Positions 53,801 through 62,472 of a stretch of 64,000 nt of DNA are shown one piece after another (within the stretch, counting starts at the first letter, position 1; every line of letters begins with the position of its first letter). This stretch comes from an uncultured Acidobacteriota bacterium (GTDB lineage: Bacteria > Acidobacteriota > Thermoanaerobaculia > Gp7-AA8), in the NCBI GenBank assembly GCA_963741955.1, contig CAVUKB010000001.1, positions 32,001 to 96,000 on the forward strand, written 5' to 3'. The notes beneath the pieces are model-generated. The model searched no databases. It saw nothing but the letters and a program-made list of their open reading frames with translations, and was not told the origin of the DNA. Both the position numbers and the translations under genes were made by a program.

Positions 53801-55413
53801 GAGGACCGAGGTCGGGGAGAGGGAAGGGTGAGGGGCAACCCTGAAAGTTAGTCTCGCAGATCATGCCTCTCGCACGTTCTCCCGTCAGCCGAAGCTCACT
53901 GCTCTCGCGCGGCCTCGCCCTCTCCACTTCCGCACTCACGAACTTCAGCCGAGGACCGAGGTTCGGGGAGAGGGAAGGGTGAGGGGCAACCCTGAAAGTT
54001 GCTCTCGCAGGTCATGCCATGACATATCGAGCCGTTCTTCCCCTCACCCCCTGGCCCCTCTCCCCGAATTGCGATTTCGGGCTGAAGTTGTTTCGTTACG
54101 GACGGGGAGAGGGGAGGGCGATCTTCGCGAGTGCGGATCGACTGCGGCTACGGGAGCGGACCCAAGATTCGGACATCTCGTAGCCCTCACCCTCTCCACG
54201 TCCGCACTCATGAACTTCAGCCGAGGACCGAGGTTCGGGGAGAGGGAAGGGTGAGGGGCAACCCTGAAAGTTGATCTCGCAGATCTCGCCATGACATATC
54301 GAGCCGTTCTTCCCCTCACCCCCTGGCCCCTCTCCCCGAATTGCGATTTCGCGCTGAAGTTGTTTCGTTACGGACGGGGAGAGGGGAGGGCGACCCTCGC
54401 GAGTGCGGATCGACTGCGGCTACGGGAGCGGACCGACACGTGATTCGAGTCGTTCCTGAATCACCGTCAGAATTCGGCGGATGGCGGTTGCAGGATCTCC
54501 GACAATCTCACGGTTCTCGAATCGGATCACCTGAACACCATGCTCGCCGAGCATCTCGGTACGCTTGTCGTCGCAGCGCCGAGCGATCTCCGTGAAGTGA
54601 GGATCGCCATCGAGTTCGATCGCCAGACGCAGGCGGACGCAATAGAAGTCGACGATGAAGTCGCCAATGCGATGTTGTCTTCGAAACTTGAAATCTTCGA
54701 GCCGACGGTCTCGCAGACATTTCCAGAGAGCTCGCTCTGCGTCCGTCTGATTCATCCGAAGTTCACGCTCGTTTTCGCGGCTGGCATTTCTCCGCTGAAA
54801 TCGCATCTCATCATCGTACCTCGGACACCAATTCTCCGCTCTCGCGCGGCCTCATGAACTTCAGCCGAGGACCGAGGTCGGGGAGAGGGAAGGGTGAGGG
54901 GCAACCCTGAAAGTTAGTCTCGCAGATCATGCGATCACACATCGCGCCGTTCTCACGGTTCATCGCCACACGTTGCCAAGCGTTCTTCCCCTCACCCCCT
55001 GGCCCCTCTCCCCGAATTGCGATTTCGGGCTGAAGTTGTTTCGTTACGGACGGGGAGAGGGGAGGGCGATCTTCGCGAGCGCGGATCGACTGCGGCTACG
55101 GGACGATCCAGGATTCAGGCGTTCCGTACATCTCACCCTCTCCACGTCCGCACTCATGAACTTCAGCCGAGGACCGAGGTCGGGGAGAGGGAAGGGTGAG
55201 GGGCAACCCTGAAAGTTAGTCTCGCAGATCATGCGATCACACATCGCGCCGTTCTCACGGTTCATCGCCACACGTTGCCAAGCGTTCTTCCCCTCACCCC
55301 CTGGCCCCTCTCCCCGAATTGCGATTTCGGGCTGAAGTTGTTTCGTTACGGACGGGGAGAGGGGAGGGCGACCCTCGCGAGTGCGGATCGACTGCGCCTT
55401 ACGGGAGCGGACC
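50847..55413. repeat. mosaic tandem array of 151-bp palindromic REP-like units (about 21 A cores) with 7 inverted B cores
   Basis: CCCTCTCCACGTCCGCAC anchor at 50893, 51044, 51195, 51346, 51497, 51648, 51799, then 52104 to 53010 every 151 bp; inverted cores at ~51953, 53165, 53620, 54040, 54312, 54988, 55290. Confidence 0.95.
54420..54806 (-). CDS. DUF559 / very-short-patch-repair-like endonuclease domain protein
   Basis: LRMNQTDAERALW, FKFRRQHRIGDFIVDFYC, LAIELDGDPH, DDKRTEML, VIRFEN. Confidence 0.9.
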   Translation of the reverse strand: MRFQRRNASRENERELRMNQTDAERALWKCLRDRRLEDFKFRRQHRIGDFIVDFYCVRLRLAIELDGDPHFTEIARRCDDKRTEMLGEHGVQVIRFENREIVGDPATAIRRILTVIQERLESRVGPLP

Positions 55414-56805
55414 AATATCGATCCGTGCTCCCGGCCATTCCTGAAGGACCGCGTTCTCCCCTGTCGCCAGCGCCGCGCCGACGATCCAGAGCGAGAGTGT
55501 GGGCTGACTGATGCGTGGGAACGTCCAGACGATGAGCTGCGTCGGTTCGTACGGAAGACGAAGGAAGTAGAGGTAGTAGGCTGCGAGGAGGCCGCCGCCC
55601 GCGATGACGTACGGAAGGAGAGTGCGAATGCGTCCCCGGAACACGAGCAGCGCGATCAACGGGACGAGCCACGCGAGCCAGTACGAGCCGGCCGGCATGT
55701 TCTCCAGGAGCGATCCGACGATCGGAATCGCGTTCCGCCAGTGGATTCCCCCTCCATACTCCCGTTGGGGATCGATGATTGGAATGTGCGCCAGGAGCTC
55801 GAGCGCAATCCACAGGCCGAGGCTCACTGCGGCAATCCCGAGGGATGTCGCCAGGGAAAGCCATTCCATCCGCCGGCGCTCGATCCACCGCTGGATCAGC
55901 GCCGCCGCGATGAACGCTCCGACAATGAGCACGCCCTCGGTTTTCGTGAGCAGCGCCCCGCCGAGGCAAACCCCTGCGACGGTGGCGGTGGAGACGTCGA
56001 AGCGCGTGGAGAAGAGAAGCACCGCAGCCACGGTGGCGAAAACCAGCAGTGGAGCCTCGGCGTTTCCCGCCGACCACGAATCAACGAGAGAGAGCGCGAT
56101 CGCAAGCGACCAGAACGCGGTGAACGCGGCAGCGACGCGTCGAGTGGAGATCTCCGACAGAATCGATTCGATGGTCACCGCGCCGGCAAAGAGCCAGATC
56201 GCCGGAACCGTCAGTCCGAGCGACCAGCTGTGGCGGCCGATCATTAGAGCCTGCCATCCGTAGACTGCGGGCACCAGTTGCGGATAGCTCGGATGCATGT
56301 GGACCGCGTACTCCCAGTTGAGGAATCGCGCGTCGAAACCGCCCGCGGCGACGAAACGGGCCGCTTTCGCTCCCCAGAAGAAGAGGTAATCCGCCGACGT
56401 GGCGTACGTCGAAAACCCGGCGATCGCGAGATAGACGACCGCTGCGACGGTCAGCAGCCATGCCCAGCGGGTGAGCGCGTCGACCGGCGGGATATCGAAT
56501 CGTGGTTCCGGCCTCTTCCTCCTCGCCAGGAGAATGCTGCCGGCCGAAGAGATCACGAGCAGCGGTATGCCGATGGAGGCAATCGACCAGCGAACGCCTG
56601 CGATCGAAAGGAGCGTCATCCACGAGGTGAGGACGACCGACCCTCCGAGAAACGCGAAACCGGCGCGAGCGACGATCGTTTTCGATCGCAGCACCGCAGT
56701 GAACGCGAGAGGTGCCCCGAAGGCCGCGATCGCGACATACGCGAGAATGAACCCCGTGAGCTCGCGCGCCATCATCGTCTCCGATAGACCGTTCCGAGGT
56801 CGCAA
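55399..56805 (-). CDS. polytopic membrane protein, possible GT-C glycosyltransferase (start may be ~56775)
   Basis: More than 10 TM segments; DYLFFWGAKA, HPSYPQLVP, LTKTEG. Confidence 0.7.
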   Translation of the reverse strand: MRPRNGLSETMMARELTGFILAYVAIAAFGAPLAFTAVLRSKTIVARAGFAFLGGSVVLTSWMTLLSIAGVRWSIASIGIPLLVISSAGSILLARRKRPEPRFDIPPVDALTRWAWLLTVAAVVYLAIAGFSTYATSADYLFFWGAKAARFVAAGGFDARFLNWEYAVHMHPSYPQLVPAVYGWQALMIGRHSWSLGLTVPAIWLFAGAVTIESILSEISTRRVAAAFTAFWSLAIALSLVDSWSAGNAEAPLLVFATVAAVLLFSTRFDVSTATVAGVCLGGALLTKTEGVLIVGAFIAAALIQRWIERRRMEWLSLATSLGIAAVSLGLWIALELLAHIPIIDPQREYGGGIHWRNAIPIVGSLLENMPAGSYWLAWLVPLIALLVFRGRIRTLLPYVIAGGGLLAAYYLYFLRLPYEPTQLIVWTFPRISQPTLSLWIVGAALATGENAVLQEWPGARIDIGPLP

Positions 56806-57203
56806 CGCATGACGGGGGTCAGGTCAGGATCGTCGAGCGTCCGGTGATAGCTGAGAACGTAGAGTGGATGTTCGTCAGGGCGACCGTGCTCGGAGCCGTA
56901 ATAGAAATGCGGGTAGGGACGATCCTTCGGGAAGAGGCCGACGGAGAGCATGTAGAGGTCTTGTTCCTCGGACGGGGAAGGAGCGGCAACCGTATAGGCC
57001 GTTCCCGGCGGAACCACGTCCCTGGCGAGCCACAGGAACTGCCACATCTGAGGATCGGTTCCGGGAGTCAGATCCACCGGCGTCGAGTGGCGCCGGAATC
57101 CATTCGAGTGCGAGATCCGGACGATGTCAGTCGCGCCGATCAGGAGCAATCCTGCTGCCATCAGGATCCAGAACTGCGGGATGGCTCGAGTGCTCGGCCG
57201 CAT
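56772..57203 (-). CDS. hypothetical membrane-anchored protein
   Basis: N-terminal hydrophobic segment; overlaps the next gene; TATCAT 8 nt before ATG 57203. Confidence 0.6.
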   Translation of the reverse strand: MRPSTRAIPQFWILMAAGLLLIGATDIVRISHSNGFRRHSTPVDLTPGTDPQMWQFLWLARDVVPPGTAYTVAAPSPSEEQDLYMLSVGLFPKDRPYPHFYYGSEHGRPDEHPLYVLSYHRTLDDPDLTPVMRCDLGTVYRRR

Positions 57204-57503
57204 GGCGGCAGATGATACATCAGGGCAGAGGTTCGTTGGGCGCCGGAAGGCTTCGATTCGTTGGAAAGCGACGGAGACAGCGCCCCGGTTCAATCCTGAG
57301 GCGGCGAAGCTTCGGGATCGTGAAATTGCACAGCAGCGCGCGCGGCTCTCTCCATCGTTTCGGCCGCGCGATCGACGGCTATGGGACCGTGTGGCGCCGA
57401 CCGGGCAGCGCCGACCTCGAGGATCGTGCACTCGATGGGGAGCGACGCGGTTCGCTCGAAAGCCATGGTACCATGCACCGTTCATTCGAACCGCGGAACA
57501 AAA

Positions 57504-58448
57504 ATGGCCATTCGTTCGCTCCTCTCACGGACTCGAGGAAGGCTCGGGCGTCTCAAACGAAGAGTCCTGAATCAGCCGGTCGATGCCGTCGCCGTGGCGG
57601 CTGCGAATTTCTGGGATCAACAGTCCGTCAAGCAGTCGATGTACTGGGCCGAGTACCCACTCGTCCGGCAGTACGTGAACCATTGCGTGACTGGAGTGGA
57701 GTGGTTGTGGCCGTTGAGTGCTTTCAAGGTGGGCTGGGCGTACGAAGCATTTGAGCGAGGGCTCTCGATCGGATGCGGCACCGGGGCGCTCGAGCGTGCG
57801 GTGATGCATCTGAACATCTGCCATTCAATCGAGGGACTGGATGTTTCGAAATCCTCCATCCGGCAGGCACGGAACGAGGCCAGGCGGGAACGGATGCGAG
57901 CGATTCGGTACAGAGTCCGCGACTGTGATGCTCTGACCCTGGCTCCTTCTCGCTACGACGTCGTCTTCTTCCACGGGTCGCTCCACCACGTGAGCGATCC
58001 GGATCGACTCCTTGACGAAGTCGTGCGAGCGCTGAAGCCTCACGGGATGCTCTACGTCGACGAGTACGTCGGACCTTCCCGAGACGAGTGGTCGGACGAG
58101 CACCTCGCTCACGCGAGAAGCGCATTCGAATCGATTCCCGAGGAGCTGAAGCTCTGGCCGGTGAATCCTCCACTCGACTGGAGCGACCCTTCGGAGATGA
58201 TCCGCTCGAGCCGGATCCGCCCCGCAGTCGAATCGAGATTCGAGATCGTTCACTACAAGCCCTACTGGGGCAATCTCCTCTTCCCACTCTTGTCCGCGCT
58301 CGACGGCCACCTCATGACCGAACCTGCGAGAGCGGGGCTCGTGGAATCCCTGATTCAGAGGGAAAAGGAGCTGGTGGAATCGGGAGAGTTCGTCGACCCG
58401 CTGTTCGCGGTGATCGTCGCGCGCAAACGTTCCGGTTCGAATCCGTGA
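57504..58448 (+). CDS. class I SAM-dependent methyltransferase
   Basis: LSIGCGTG, GLDVS, YDVVFFHGSLHHV, LKPHG, EYVGP. Confidence 0.88.
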   Translation: MAIRSLLSRTRGRLGRLKRRVLNQPVDAVAVAAANFWDQQSVKQSMYWAEYPLVRQYVNHCVTGVEWLWPLSAFKVGWAYEAFERGLSIGCGTGALERAVMHLNICHSIEGLDVSKSSIRQARNEARRERMRAIRYRVRDCDALTLAPSRYDVVFFHGSLHHVSDPDRLLDEVVRALKPHGMLYVDEYVGPSRDEWSDEHLAHARSAFESIPEELKLWPVNPPLDWSDPSEMIRSSRIRPAVESRFEIVHYKPYWGNLLFPLLSALDGHLMTEPARAGLVESLIQREKELVESGEFVDPLFAVIVARKRSGSNP

Positions 58449-58460
58449 TCCCGGGCCGTC

Positions 58461-61340
58461 TCAATCGAACAACTTGAGGAACACGACGTTCGCCACGAAA
58501 TCGCTGTCGGCGTTCGTACCGACCGATTTCCCGATGTCGAAGCGGAGGATCGTTCCCCACGGCCCGATGGTCTGACCGGCCAGCCCGACGCCCTGGAACG
58601 GCTCGCGACGGTAGCCTGCGGTGGCGTCGTCGATCAGCGCGTGGTCGTAGAACATCTCCACCCGGAACTGGTCGGAGAAGACGAAGCCGTACGAGAGGTG
58701 GCCGAGCATCGCGCGCTCGGCGCGTACCGCACCGGAGCGGATTCCGTGCACCCGCTGGGTTCCGAAGAAGCCGAGCTCGTACTTCGAGAAGCGATCGAGA
58801 TTTGCTCCATCGAGGTAATCGGCCTCCACTCCGATCCTCTGGAACTTCGGAAGATAGAACGTCTTCGCGAACGATCCGCCGAAGTGGGAGAAGCTCTTCT
58901 GGTCGGGGTCGTACTCGGAGAGGATCCCCCACGGCTCCCACTTCGTGCGCGTGCCGCGGTCGTAGAAGCCGGTGAGCGAGTAGCCCCAGCGGTCGTACCG
59001 CGCGTCGACCGACGGGGTGATCACGAACGTGTTCGGAGGGACGGCAAACCCGCTCGCCGTATCCTGAGCTCTCTGATAGCTGAGGTAGGCGACACCGAGT
59101 GAGAGGTCGACCTTGCCGAAACCGAGAACCGGATGCCCGGCGCGCAGAGTGAGGTTGATCGGCAGCGTCTTCACCGCTTCACTCTTCGACTCCTCGCCGC
59201 TGCGGTACATCGAGTTCTGGAACGGAACGGCGATGGCCAGGAAGTCGGCGCCGAGGTTCGTCCGGGTCTTGCGGACATTGGGGTTGGTCACGTTCGCTGC
59301 GGTGATGATTCCGGCGAAGAAGACGTTGGTCTGCAGCCCCGTCTTCGCGAGGTCGAAGTTGAAGTAATCGATCCCGCCGAGCGGCGCGACCGGGAACTCC
59401 AGCCCCGCGTCGTGGTGCACGCCTCCGAGCATGAAAAGACGCGAGGTGTCGAAGCCTTCCTTCACCACCCTGTCGCCGTCCTTGTCCTTGACCAGGTAGC
59501 GGAGCCCGTGCTCGGTGTCGCGCACCATGCGCGCGCTCGAGGCGCTCGCCTCTTCGTGGCGCGATGCGAAGTCGGACGGCGCGAGCTCGAAATGCGAAAA
59601 GTCCGTCTCCCGGAGGATCGGCGTGGCGCGTCCCGCCGCCGAGATCACCTGCTGCGCGTGGACCACGGCCGGCAGCCATAGAATCGAGCGCGGATCCTTC
59701 GTCGCGACCGTGGAGGCATCGAGGAGCTGGTGCGACTGGAGATCGAACGGCCGGTAGTCGAGCATCTCTTCGTTCGAGAGAATCTCCCCCTCGAGGTGGA
59801 GCTGGACCATCGAGATCCGGATCCGAGCAAGGCTCTTCTGGTCGATCCAGACCGTTCCGCGGTAGAGGGGGAGATCCTTCGGTGCGTTCGGCGGCGGCTC
59901 GAACCGCACCTCCCACGTCCGGTAGCCGTCGAGCGTCGTCTCGCCGGCGAGCTGATAGCGGTAGTCGTTCGTCAGATGGATGTCGAGCGGGAGCTGCGTC
60001 ACCTTCTCGGGCTGGACGAGCGGGAGCTCCGGAATCTTTCCGTACTTCCACCGCACTCCGTTGATCAGAAAATCCTTCCACACCCAGTCCGCAGTTCCCT
60101 TCGGCTCGAAGAACTGAGGTCCGGCGATGGTCGCTTCGATCGAATCGCCTCCCTGGATCGGAAACCGAAGGTTGGTGGTATTCGTCGCGATGTACGGCGG
60201 CATCACGGTCGATTCGTAGCTCCAGTACGCCTGATGGTTCCGGACGATCTCTTCGACCGGGATGCTGCGCTTCGTCGAGACCTGAATCGATTCCTTCGTC
60301 ACATTCTGCGATTCGATCGGCGGGCGGTCGAGCGCGAGCACCCACGGCGTCGCCGCAGGTTGAACTCCGACCAGGTAACGCGATCCCTTCTTCCCCGTAT
60401 CGGTGATCTTCTTCAGCCCCTCGGCGCCGACCTTCGTCGGATTGGAGAACGCCTCGTCCGGAACGCTGAGGATCACCGGACGATCGCTGTTTCCGGGCGC
60501 GACGACGAGCATCCGGAGATCTTCGCCGCGGACGAATGCGAGCGCGCTCTCGTCGATCTTCTGGCCCGTCGCGTCGAGGATCTCGACCTCGGGATTCGGA
60601 TCGGGGGAGTAGTCGCCGCGCAGCGCGTCGTCGATTGCCGCGATCGCACCGGCCGACGCTTCGTCGAGAGGGCCACGTACGAACGCATTGGTCGCGCCGC
60701 CGCGGAGTGCTGCGGCGATGTCGTAGAACGCGTTGGGATGCTCTTTCCGGACGATGGCGAAGAGACGCTTCGCCGGATCGTTCTCGGTGACCCAGCTCGC
60801 CACGCCGGAGAGTGCGCTCTCAGGGACGACGATCTGGTCGAAGTAGGCCTCCGCGCCGCTGTCGTAGAGCGCCTTCAGCGCAGCGAGAGAGTCCGCGCGG
60901 ACGACGATACTCCGGGCCAGCTCCCGTCCCTGCAGGAGGATCGAGAGCCGCTTGACCGCGTAACCCATGACCGCCGGTTCGGTTCCGGTGAGATCGATTC
61001 CGACCGCCCGGAACGTACCCTGTGTCGCGGTCCAGTCGACCAGGGTCTGGACTTTCTTCTCCGCCGCGTCGAGAGGATCTCCCTCGCCGGCGGATGCAGT
61101 GACGACGAGCACCGTTCTTGCTCTCTGCTCGGCCGTGAGTCCGGAGAGTGTGGAACCGGCTGCGGCGAGCTCGCCCTCGCCGGCTTCGATCAGCAGCGGG
61201 ACGTTCGCGGTGGGAATCGGGTCGGACGCGGTGAGCGCGATTCCGCCACAAAGGGTGCATTCACTCTTCGATTCGGCTGCGATCGAGGGGAGCGCGAGAG
61301 TGAGAAGAGCGAGTGCAATCGGGAGAATCCGGTTCCGCAT
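58461..61340 (-). CDS. large exported protein with probable C-terminal outer-membrane beta-barrel
   Basis: Signal peptide MRNRILPIALALL; alternating aromatic beta-strand pattern in the C-terminal ~330 aa ending VVFLKLFD. Confidence 0.7.
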   Translation of the reverse strand: MRNRILPIALALLTLALPSIAAESKSECTLCGGIALTASDPIPTANVPLLIEAGEGELAAAGSTLSGLTAEQRARTVLVVTASAGEGDPLDAAEKKVQTLVDWTATQGTFRAVGIDLTGTEPAVMGYAVKRLSILLQGRELARSIVVRADSLAALKALYDSGAEAYFDQIVVPESALSGVASWVTENDPAKRLFAIVRKEHPNAFYDIAAALRGGATNAFVRGPLDEASAGAIAAIDDALRGDYSPDPNPEVEILDATGQKIDESALAFVRGEDLRMLVVAPGNSDRPVILSVPDEAFSNPTKVGAEGLKKITDTGKKGSRYLVGVQPAATPWVLALDRPPIESQNVTKESIQVSTKRSIPVEEIVRNHQAYWSYESTVMPPYIATNTTNLRFPIQGGDSIEATIAGPQFFEPKGTADWVWKDFLINGVRWKYGKIPELPLVQPEKVTQLPLDIHLTNDYRYQLAGETTLDGYRTWEVRFEPPPNAPKDLPLYRGTVWIDQKSLARIRISMVQLHLEGEILSNEEMLDYRPFDLQSHQLLDASTVATKDPRSILWLPAVVHAQQVISAAGRATPILRETDFSHFELAPSDFASRHEEASASSARMVRDTEHGLRYLVKDKDGDRVVKEGFDTSRLFMLGGVHHDAGLEFPVAPLGGIDYFNFDLAKTGLQTNVFFAGIITAANVTNPNVRKTRTNLGADFLAIAVPFQNSMYRSGEESKSEAVKTLPINLTLRAGHPVLGFGKVDLSLGVAYLSYQRAQDTASGFAVPPNTFVITPSVDARYDRWGYSLTGFYDRGTRTKWEPWGILSEYDPDQKSFSHFGGSFAKTFYLPKFQRIGVEADYLDGANLDRFSKYELGFFGTQRVHGIRSGAVRAERAMLGHLSYGFVFSDQFRVEMFYDHALIDDATAGYRREPFQGVGLAGQTIGPWGTILRFDIGKSVGTNADSDFVANVVFLKLFD

Positions 61341-61427
61341 GCGAGGCCCTTTCCGAGTCGGGACGACTCGCGCAGCTGTAACATGGCCCCCGGAATCAAA
61401 ATTCTTTTCGGGATTCGAGATCCGAGA

Positions 61428-62312
61428 GTGACCACGCGCTCCGAAGGGCTGATCGTACTGAACCAGATGGCCGGCCCGGTTCCGGTGGCGGCGGCCGTGA
61501 TCGAGCCGATGCTCGCCGGGAGGAACTTCGAGATCCTGACCCTCCGCCCCGGGCTCGATCTCGCAGCGATCATCCGGGACCGGCTCTTCCGCGGGATCCG
61601 GCATATCGTCGCGGCGGGAGGTGACGGGACGATTCATCACGTCGCGCAGGCGGTGGTGGGGACGGACGCGGTTCTTTCCATCCTTCCGATCGGGACGTAC
61701 AACCACTTCGCACGGGATCTCGGGATCCCGCTCGGCCTTCGGGATGCGGTCGGAGTGATGCTGAAGGGGCAGACGATCCAGGTCGATACGGGACGGGTGA
61801 ACCACATCCATTTCGTGAACAATCTTTCTCTCGGCCTCTATCCGGAGATCGTCCGGTTGCGGGAGAAGATGGGCCGCAGGAAGCGATCGCGATGGCGGTC
61901 GGTTCTCTACGCGGTCTACAGTGTGATGAGGAGCTACCCCCACGTCGCCTTGACCATCGACTCAGCCCATCTGCTCGAAGCAGTGAAGACGCATCTCTTC
62001 ATGGTCTCGAACAACCCTTACGACCTCTCCGGTCCGGGAATCGAGGCGGCGCGGACGTCGATTCAGCAGGGGCTCCTTTCGGTCTACTGGCTGCCGCACC
62101 GCCCCCGGCTCGCATTCGTCCGGTCGATCGCGAGGTACATCCGGGGCCGGAGCAACGAGCTCGGCGAGCTCCGGTCGACGCGGACGCAGCATCTGCGAAT
62201 CAACTCGCCGCGCCATCATCTGCACGTGGCAGTGGACGGAGAGGTGTTCGAGCTCGAACCTCCGCTGGTGATCGACGCGGTGCCGCTGTCACTCGAGGTC
62301 AAGGTCCCGTAA
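61428..62312 (+). CDS. diacylglycerol/lipid kinase family protein (YegS-like; start 61383 or 61428)
   Basis: AAGGDGT, LPIGTYNHFARDLGIP, VDTGRVN, AVDGE. Confidence 0.9.
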   Translation: MTTRSEGLIVLNQMAGPVPVAAAVIEPMLAGRNFEILTLRPGLDLAAIIRDRLFRGIRHIVAAGGDGTIHHVAQAVVGTDAVLSILPIGTYNHFARDLGIPLGLRDAVGVMLKGQTIQVDTGRVNHIHFVNNLSLGLYPEIVRLREKMGRRKRSRWRSVLYAVYSVMRSYPHVALTIDSAHLLEAVKTHLFMVSNNPYDLSGPGIEAARTSIQQGLLSVYWLPHRPRLAFVRSIARYIRGRSNELGELRSTRTQHLRINSPRHHLHVAVDGEVFELEPPLVIDAVPLSLEVKVP

Positions 62313-62317
62313 GCCGC

Positions 62318-62404
62318 ATGCGCAGGTGGGTTGTTCGTCCCGAACGATGCGCAGGTGGGTTGTTCGTCCCGAACGATGCCCATGTGGGTCGTTCGTCTCG
62401 AACG
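62318..62404. repeat. 29-bp tandem repeat x3, each with a GTTCG-TCC-CGAAC hairpin
   Basis: Units start at 62318, 62347 and 62376. Confidence 0.8.
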
Positions 62405-62472
62405 ATGCGGGGTGGCGTCCCGCGCCACCCCGTTGCTTCGTAGACTGAGTTTCGAATCGTTCGAACACCGTT

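Noticed and set aside
50633-54320. Numerous short ORFs inside the 151-bp array
   Set aside because: 151 is not a multiple of 3, so frames rotate each unit; no protein motifs
50847-55413. CRISPR array interpretation of the 151-bp array
   Set aside because: No unique spacers; whole units repeat with few substitutions; no cas genes in the window
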